Assembly (NCBI RefSeq): GCF_964355755.1
Contig: NC_092670.1
Location: 39,668,388-39,732,387 of the forward strand
Source of the DNA: Antedon mediterranea
Taxonomy: Eukaryota > Animalia > Echinodermata
Reading direction: 5' to 3'
DNA: 64,000 bases
The notes beneath the pieces are model-generated. The model was not told the origin of the DNA, ran no database searches, and saw nothing but the letters and a program-made list of their open reading frames with translations. Positions 54,628 to 64,000 of the stretch are shown piece after piece; position 1 is the stretch's first letter; each line of letters begins with the position of its first letter. Made by a program: the position numbers and the translations under genes.

Positions 54628-57600
54628 CATTTCTACAGATGTTAAATGCTAATACAATTCACCAATTCTATTACCTAAAACTCATGGCCAACATTGCATT
54701 ACTGTAAATTTAATTATAAAAACACTTCAAAGAACTGATACTTTTGTACTTTGAGAAATTTGGACAAAAGCTATTATAGTAAATGTGTCTACACAAGGTT
54801 CTTGCTATAATTAACTTCAGTTGTCCTGATAAAAAATGTTGGTAGGTGAATTGAAAATGTCAAGAAAAATAACCCAAAATTTCTCCAGATGTTGTAAATT
54901 ACGTATGTGTATGTAATGTTGTTTCTTCTGATTAATTACATTATTTTTTAGTACAGTATTTATGAAGAAAACCAAAAGCAGTGTATTTCATTTTACTAGT
55001 GATTTTTCGGCCAAATTAATTTGTTGTGTAGTTAGTATCAGTATGTACAGTACTGTAGTATCATATTTATTACCGATTTACATATATCTATAAATAGGTC
55101 AGATTTCTGTACTACTGTAATTAGAAGTATTTGATACAGTATTACTAGATACTGTACATTCACTGTACAGTACCTCTGGTCTACTGTACATGGATACATG
55201 TAAATACAGACGTACAATATCAAAACTTACCTAACCCCTAATGAGGATATTAAAAATCAGTTTCCTAATGTTATCCTGTATAAATTATTTGATCAGACCA
55301 TAAGCAAATCTGTAAACCTTAATATGATGTACAGTTACTATGCACAGGCCATGTCGTCGTACTGCATGGCGTCCCAATACCAGTCACAGCCCTAGCCCCT
55401 GTAACATATTGTAAACCACTCTAAACTCACAGCAAGTGGTACGACACTGAACTTTAGCATAAATATTGCCAATGGGAAAAATCGTTTTAAAGCAATTAAG
55501 TTCACGGTGAGAAATCTTAGCACTCGGTAGTCTAAATGACTATTAAAGTTATTAAAAGCAGAAGAACTCACTGTAGCTTGTTGTCTATTTACTATTAATC
55601 ATAATAAATCTATGAATAACACAATTAACTCTTTGTTATTACTAGACAACGTTCTTTATAAACTAGAGTTACCTAGAGCAAAGAACTTTTCTCTATTGTC
55701 TTGCTGTATGACCTGTACAGACAGAGCAAAGAGGAACTCCGTGTCTGTGTGCAATAGAGATATAAATTAACTATAGTAATGAATACAAACAAGAGTTGCT
55801 ATTATGTCTAGTCACAAATCAACGTAAAGGAACATGGTAAGTAATAATAATTATTAGTCAACTCTCCACAGAATGCAGACTCCCTCAAGCCCAGAAACTC
55901 TCACAAAAAAATTCTACTGTAAATGCTTTCCTAATTATATCAAATAAAAAAAAAATTAGTTGGCCTAATCATAGAAAATAGTACAAAAATATTATTACAA
56001 TTTTTTATTATAAAATATTATTAAAATTGTATTATTATTATTATTACTTTATTATTACTTTGATGAAGAGCAGTTTTCTGTTTGGGCTCATGTCTATTAC
56101 TTGCTCCTGACAAGATGAATTAATGTAAAACGTACTTTTAACAAATATGGCTGAATAAATATTATTATTATATCATTATATATTATTCGTTTAGCTTCTG
56201 CTTGGCTTTCTAGGAATGATAGTCTCTCTCTCCTTACTACTGATGGAAATCCTGGAATATGCCATTGACAAAATTGCTGTGTAATATTGTAAATATTTAA
56301 TACTTCGGCCTAGTATATACATAATTCCAAACTGCCATAAGTAAATATTTCAAGTAATAGGAAATAATTAGAAAGAAAGTTGCTACTAAAATAACAACTT
56401 GTACAGTGATGAATGCATGCATCTGATAAATGTATAATTAATTACATTACTGTATGTATAAATTGTTAAGTTCATATTAAGTTTGTACTTAAAAAAACAA
56501 ACTTGATATAAATGCTTATGGCATACAGTAGTGAACAAATACAGTGCAGTCAACTCTGTATACCGTCTGAAAACCAATAATTCTCCAAGAACCAGACTTA
56601 CTTTGTTGTCCAAAAGGGCTGGCAACTTCATTTGTTTTACCTTTCACATAGAACACAAGACTTTTCAGAAAACCAGACACATAAAGCACTGTCTACACTA
56701 TCAAACTTTATGAGACAAAAAAAATGTGATGTGCCCATATATGGACATATATTACCATATTTGAGCATATCACTACCATATTTGGGCACATCACACATTT
56801 TTTTTGTAAAACTAGTTTGATAGTGTAGACAGAGCTTTAGGCCAGTACTGTAGTCCAAGGGTTTTCGGTGAGATGACTGTAATATATTCTGAAACCTGTA
56901 CTGTATAGTAGACCTCTACTTTTTTTCCTTTCACTATCCTACTATACTGTAGGCTTATTTGTACTATACTAAATCGGTTTTCTTTCTACTTATTTTAATC
57001 ACTTTTAAGGGACATAGTGCAGTACGCTGATGCAGCACTTTAAAATGGAGGTGTGAAAAGGTTGGTTAGAATTTGTTTTCAATTCATGAAAGTCACACTG
57101 TAAGCCGTGATGAGGTACAGTAATGTACATGCAAGTAGAATGAATGCTATTTAATATGTAAACAATCTACTATCCTTAGCATACAACTTGGGATGTTTGT
57201 TATGTCTAATACAATATTGATTCAAGGTTGATCAATAATGGGCATGTTTCTACTAAACTAAATCTCTGTCTGCTATACACTATCAAACAAGTTTGACAAA
57301 AAAGTATGATGTGCCCAAATATGGTAGTGTACACAGAGTTTTACACAAAATGGCCTGTACACTGAAAAATTGTTTAAAATTTAATTATATCAATTGATTA
57401 CTTTAATGGTTTAAATACGTATTTCATAAATACATTGTGTCTTTTCAAATAAAAGTTTTAAACATATGCTAAAATCATTGGTTATACAGTTGACTAGTTT
57501 GCCTTTTATTCCACAATACTATAGGCCTACTGTATTGTATTAAAGTTGAAGTCACAGTACTGACTGTTATAGTACTTTGATCTGTACAAAAACATACAGA

Positions 57601-59508
57601 CTTACACAAATTAATGTTGACATTGATTAAAGTACTTTACACAATAATTATGGTAGAACAGTTATTACACCAAATAGACAGTGATTTATTATAATTTATT
57701 GCCTCAAGTTCTAAGAAGACTGAAACATGAGGATCCTGGAACAATGACCAACATGTACATAATTTGGTGTACACATGCAGAAATAATTTTTTTTTTGCTG
57801 TGACAGCTCTAACTCTGCGGAATTCCCTGCCAATTTCAATCAGACAGTGTGCTACTCTAAACTCTTTCAAGACACACAGTTGAAGAAGTCTTTCCTTTCC
57901 AAACAAGTTTTTCATTAATTTAAATTTAAATTTAAAACTTCTTGTCGGTTTTAATTTATGTACAGTATATAGTGCATACATTAAGAGCTTGCGTATTTGT
58001 GCTATAAACAATAAACTATTTATTATCATTATTTTTAGTACTACTGTGACTTATTTCTCCATGTATGTACAATCATTACAGTAAATATTACCACAGTTAG
58101 CAAACTAGACCAACTTGCTTAACTACCCTAGCTACAGTATGTACAGTAGATGATTTTTGCTCTTTTTGTGGAAAAACTCTTCTGTGAAAAGAAGGTCTGG
58201 CTATTGATCCTGACATTACTGTCTGTACCACATACTGAAGTATTGCTATAGTTTGACCTTGAAGTGTGATTGATATTAAAGTAATAACAGTTGAGTAAAC
58301 AATAGTACAGCAGTATAGATCATCTGCAGACTTCAATTTAAATTTAAAAAAAAATCAGGCATTGGGCAATGGACTAATAAAAAATATAGTTATATGCTCC
58401 TTGTACATACTCCTTATCTGTTTTGTACAGTATGACAGTAGTGTATTTATTTTGACTATCTTATTAATGATATTTATATACTGTAACCTAGACAACAGGT
58501 GCACTGTACAAAAAGTACAAATATTATGCAATTTTAAGTTATTTTAAAATCAATGAACTTTGGAAGTTAAGAATTAACAGTCTATGTGGTGCTACTATAG
58601 TGCAACATTATGTATGTATTATTTATATTTACTTGTAACTGAATGCATTCATCAAGGTCATAGCGAGAGGTTGAACAGACAAGGCAAAGATGCTTTAAAT
58701 ATAATTATTTATATAAAATTTAAATATAATTATTTATATAAAACATGACGAGCTGTGCTGGGGAATTAGGGTGGGTGGAGAAAATTGCTAGCTACAGTAC
58801 CATAATAATAATATTTATTAATAAAAAAATATTTTATATACAGTACAAGGCATCGTCTTCATGTCTGCCTAAAAGTTCTCTTGTCAGATTTATGACGTAT
58901 GTAAATGTCACAAAAATAGTTTACTGAGAAGTAATTGGAACTAATTTGTTTATACTAGAAAGTCTGACATAAGTGTTCTTAGTAACTCAATACATCTTGA
59001 AAATTGGTGTGTAAATGGAATTTGAGTGCAGATGCCAATGGTACTGTCCTATGAGTTAAATACTAATATTAGATTTTTAATCATTGTTTGTTTTTAAATT
59101 TTTTCAAAAGCAATTTGAAAGATGTTAAATTAATTTCCAATGAAATAGTTTAACTTCTTGGGATTCTGCCCGTCGTCATCCCTATTTACTCTACATTGCT
59201 ACTGTATTTGTGTAATTTTTGTAGTCTTACATTTTATCTTCTGGACGTACTGTAAGGCTTACCCACCAGAACAAGATAAAAATAATCTATAAAAATGATT
59301 AGCACTGCAAATTTAAGTTAAATAAATTCAACAAGTCAAGAGCTTATGATGATAAGTAAGAATTAGCACATGCGACATGTAGGCCTACAGTACAGTCCAC
59401 AACAATCGGCAATGGTTTTTGAATTGCTAAAAAAGGATATCAAATGCAGTTCTATGTAAATCTACTGTAAACATAAATACAATAATACTGAAACTCAACA
59501 TCATGATA

Positions 59509-60170
59509 TAAATCCAGTAAAATTACTGAAAAAATGGCAATGCTGTGGGTATCATTGGCTGGATCTCAAGGGAGATACAAAATGGCAATGCTGTGGGTAT
59601 CATTGGCTGGATCTCAAGGGAGATACAAAATGGCAATGCTGTGGGTATCATTGGCTGGATCTCAATGGAGATACAAAATGGCAATGCTGTGGGTATCATT
59701 GGCTGGATCTCAAGGGAGATACAAAATGACAATGCTGTGGGTATCAGTGGCTGGATCTCAGTGGAGATACATAATGGCAATGCTGTGGGTATCAGTGGCT
59801 GGATCTCAAGGGAGATACAAAATGACAATGCTGTGGGTATCATTGGCTGGATCTCAAGGGAGATACAAAATGACAATGCTGTGGGTATCATTGGCTGGAT
59901 CTCAGTGGAGATACATAATGGCAATGCTGTGGGTATCATTGGCTGGATCTCAAGGGAGATACAAAATGACAATGCTGTGGGTATCATTGGCTGGATCTCA
60001 GTGGAGATACATAATGGCAATGCTGTGGGTATCAGTGGCTGGATCTCAAGGGAGATACAAAATAAAAAAAGCAAATTAAGCTAAATCAAAACAATAAAGT
60101 AAAACAGCCAGAAAAATAAGCAGAGCTTTCGGGCAACATACTTCATCATGTAAGTGAGAGTACTTGGACA
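59509..60170 (-). mobile_element. Penelope pLTR copy with internal 48-bp tandem array (x11) and degenerate hammerhead
   Basis: Matches 38591-38750 and 39035-39060. Array at ~59532-60063; GCAGAGCTTTCGGGCAACA..CTTCATCA at 60120-60148. Confidence 0.8.
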
Positions 60171-61462
60171 AAATTGAGAATATAAAGCAGACAACATCAT
60201 GATATAGTTATAAAGTGCAGCCTTCTGTACATTGTGCAGTACAATGTTTAAAGTAGCATTTTTAGTATCCTATTCCTATATCATTAGGGAACTCCAAAAT
60301 ACCCGGTATATTGTTGACTTTCACTTTTTAAAGTTCATAAGTGTTTTACACTATTTATTATATTCAGCAACATCACTTCAAATCTCACTTTGTGTAACAT
60401 TTATAGCTTGGTTTAAAAGGAAATTAACTTTCCGTATTAAACAAAAAGCAAGGTCAACACTAATTATTGGAAATAACATTTTAATCATTTGCTTCTGATA
60501 TAAAAGAGTTTAATTCTTATCACTTGTTTAACTTGACAAAAATCATGAAATAACAATGCTGAGAGGAAGCATCCAGGTGTTATGAAAGATGGCCATGAAT
60601 CCAGGTGTCCACATGAAAGGCAACCAGGAACAAATTAAGAATATTGTACAGGTGTCATGGGGAAGGTGGCAGAAATCCAGGTGGTTAAGATGTTTGTTAT
60701 ATCCAGGTGATCGGGAAGTTACTCAGAAATTGCAGGATCTTAGTGTTGCTACAGTAAAGTTAGTACTGTATTGTTATACACCATGCGGTGTTGTTGGCTT
60801 AGTCAGCCGTAAAGTTGTTATTTGCATAACAAATGTGTCCGCTTATAAAAGGCAACGGAGATGCGGAATCTAGGTTAGTAAGTTACTGTTTACCAGTTGG
60901 ACAAGTGTTACAGTGTATAAAACAGTGTTAACGTAGATAGAAGGTTGTAACCGGTACAAGCAGTGGCGTTGTTAAGCCAGCTCGCCGGTAAGCAGTGGTA
61001 TTGTGTTAAGCCAGCTAAAATAAAAGGAAGATACCTGATGTTCGTACTATTGAATTGTTGTTTGTCTACTGCGTTTTAGAAACAGCGACTACTACCAAAT
61101 TTATTGCGTAACGGCAATAAAACTTAGCTTGGAGGTATTCTACTTTTATACCTCCATGATCTTAGTATGGAAGAGTTGAGATTCCCGCCGCCAACAAAAA
61201 ATCCATTTTTTCTCAAAAACATGAAACCAACAAACAAATGGCTCAGCAAGAGGAACGAGATCGAGTATAAATCAGTTCTATTTACCAACAAAAGTTTGTT
61301 CAATTCAATTGATTCCCCATACCATTTACCTAGCTTTACAAAACTTCAATTAATTTTTTAAGTAGAGAAAACTTAAACCTAAGTAAAATATTTTTCTTTT
61401 TATCACAGAATATTGATTTAAAAGTCAGTCACGATGGATATTAAAAATTTTAAAGAACTTAC

Positions 61463-61920
61463 CTCTAAAGCTTGGAAAATGAATGATAAAATTCAGTTCG
61501 GCCTCCGTACACCGGTAAATGAATAAAACGTTGGCAATAGAAAAGCAGTGTGGTGTATGCTTAGCCTGACTTAGCCGGTTTGTTTATTCAAAACTTCAAA
61601 ATCAGCACCAAAACAAATCAAAGCACACGTCGGTAGGCCTAGTAGAGTACAGCGAGGTCTATAATAACTCCATTTTATCAAGAAGATTATTATAAGTTGA
61701 ATGCTTAACATTCGTTACTTTTCAACATTCAGATCGATCTATTTATGTTCTATGACTGAGAGATCTCCGGTAATTAACAGAAGAACTGGCGTGTAAAAAG
61801 ATTCCAAAGTTCTGCTGATTAGTTCTCAACTTCTCTCCGCTCGCGATACAGTAGTAATTGCTAAAAATGCCCAACAAGACAAAGAACGTCTGTCTCCAAG
61901 CTGGAAAATGAGGGCGCTCT
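61463..61920 (-). promoter_or_regulatory. Candidate Sulf promoter / non-coding first exon
   Basis: Strong donor GAG|GTAAGT at 61462 in a CpG-richer stretch. The ATG exon has an acceptor at 54132 only 5 nt upstream of the ATG, so an upstream exon is required. Confidence 0.4.
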
Positions 61921-62669
61921 TTAATAAAAATGAGTTCTTTGCTAAAACTTCCAAGTTCATTATGAATAATGATCTTATTTGTTCGAAATTAATATTACTT
62001 GATAAAATGTCTTCTGATAATACGTTTCATTTCAGCAGTCAGAAAATAATTAATAAATAATTGATTAAACTAGTCGTTATCAATTCTAATCTAGTAACTA
62101 AAACAGGACACATTCTAATATAAATTTCTGTTCATATATTACTTTCTAAATAATTGCTTTATATATCATTAATATAACTACACAACTAATACTGTACATG
62201 AAACAATGATGCCAAAACCCACATCTGTAATAAATTGTATACAAACTATGTATACTGTAGTCAAATAGATTAGATAGATGGAGTTGCATAGCGTCGTGCT
62301 CATGTTTGCCTCAATTACAAATCCTGTAATTAGTGTTTGTTGTCCTCAATTGCGATGATAACAAGACGACACTCCTGCCACAGTCATAGTTAGAGCCATA
62401 AAATCCCAAAGAAGATAATGTACTCATGCGATGTGGTTGTCATGTTGTATTCATGAATAATGAATAATTTTCAAATAAAAGAAATAAAAATCCTTTTCAT
62501 GTCCATTTTAAAGGTTCAATAAAACAAAACTATATTTTGTATATTAAAAATTGTAGGTCAAAGTTAATCATGTTTAATGATTGTTCAACTCTTGTAGGTA
62601 ACATATCCATAAGGATCCATGCTATGCTGTGCTATGTGTACAAGTGGTAACGCCAAGCTGGAGGCTGTG

Positions 62670-63937
62670 CTATGTGTACATATCATCAAATCCAGGAGGT
62701 GGTAAATGGTCTGGATTTGGTGTTTGGTAGTTCATTATCGGTGCCACAGGATCAAATCTTGCTCCAGGAAGTCCTGATCCTCTGTGACAAAAACAATGAA
62801 TATATATAATCAATGAATACAGGAGTACTAATCAGTATTTGTTAGTTTTTACACTATAAAGCTCTGTCTACACTATTAAACTAGTTTGACAAAAAAAAGT
62901 GTTATGTGCCTAAATATGGTAGTGATATCCCCAAATATGGTAGTGGTATAACATCATCATGTCCATATATGGGCACATCATCATTATTTAAATATAATAA
63001 TCGAAAGATGGCACACATGATGATGAAATATATGATAGTTTCTTGTTTGTATTAGGTATGTCATACCTTGGCATCCTGTTTGGTAATGGTTGTATTCCCA
63101 ATCCACTCCTTGCTGGATCCATTAACATACCAGACGAATGACTTGAAAATGGATCCAAGTCAGATACCCCAACAGAGAACGGGTCTAGACGAGGTACCCC
63201 CATAGAATATGGGTCAGGTTGTCTGTGCGGTACACCTTGTCTACAAAAAAAAATAATATTTATATTTGTAAAGATCTGTCTACACTATCAAACTAGATTG
63301 ACAAAAAAAGTGTAATGTGCTTAAATATTATGGAGATATGCCCAAATATGGTAGTGTTATGACATCATCATGTCCATATATGGGCACATCATCATGTCCA
63401 TATATGGGCACATCACATTTTTTTTGTCACATAAAGTTTGATAGTGTAGATATAGCTTATGCTTCAATATACATCGGTAAGATTCCCACACACTGACTCA
63501 TGGTAGATTAGTTAGTATATACTCTATACAGAATCATATCACATGTGTAGTGTATCCTACCCGACAAAGTTATCATCAGTAAACATGTCTATGAAACAAA
63601 CTTTATCTGGGTGAATAACGAAAGCTCTGTCTTCACTCACTATTATTAACAAATGTGATATGCCCAAATAAGGTAGTTATATGATGTCCTCGTGTCTTTT
63701 TATGGGCACATCACATAAAGTTTGATAGTGTAAACAGAGCTTAAGTCTAAGCATGCCTATTGTTATGTGTCTACTTACCTATGAATATAATGTGAATCCT
63801 CTCTATTGTTTCTTGATTGTGAATCTTCCAGTAAACTGCTACTACAGTTTTCGCCTGATTTTTTCTTTTCTGTTTTAAACACTTGTGTCAGATTTTGTTC
63901 AAGTTCTTTTTGGAGCTTTGATAAGTTTTTGTATGTA
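62670..63937 (-). CDS. PSMF1: Proteasome inhibitor PI31 (3' three exons; 5' part beyond window end)
   Basis: Exons 63779-63937, 63067-63240 (VGVSDLDPF..GMLMDP), 62670-62781 (PGARFDP..PNPDHLPPPGFDDMYT*): the typical PI31 proline-rich C-terminus with an HbYX tail. Confidence 0.92.
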
Positions 63938-64000
63938 CTAAAAAAAATTATAAATCACTGGTTGGTATCAGCAAAAATAAATGTTTTTTCACCTAATTTA

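Noticed and set aside
59523-60084. ~180-aa repetitive ORFs on both strands
   Set aside because: Artefact of a 48-bp array derived from a pLTR.

Overview
AT-rich, intron-rich animal genomic DNA, probably an invertebrate deuterostome such as an echinoderm (inferred from the HYR-rich mosaic protein and Deu/Nin-type SINEs). Six protein-coding genes, all on the minus strand, were rebuilt by hand from GT-AG splice sites with consistent phases. (1) A secreted or cell-surface mosaic protein: signal peptide-LDLa x2-YWTD propeller-C-type lectin (EPN/WND)-HYR x7 or more, running off the left edge. (2) A trypsin-like serine protease. (3) FAM8A1. (4) USPL1. (5) An extracellular sulfatase Sulf. (6) The 3' end of PSMF1/PI31. 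Introns hold many mobile elements: a CR1/L2-group LINE, tRNA-derived SINEs, about 16 Harbinger-like MITEs, Kolobok-like, Tc1/mariner-like and Helentron-like elements, and Penelope-like fragments carrying a hammerhead ribozyme. Highlights: a 14x tandem amplification of half of a hammerhead core; direct evidence for many TA->TACTGTA excision footprints; a strongly over-represented TAGGCCTA palindrome; MITEs sitting close to exon edges; a minisatellite built from a live splice donor; and an orphan divergent promoter pointing antisense into Sulf. There is no CRISPR array or prokaryotic system. Coordinates and counts were obtained manually and may be off by a few nt.
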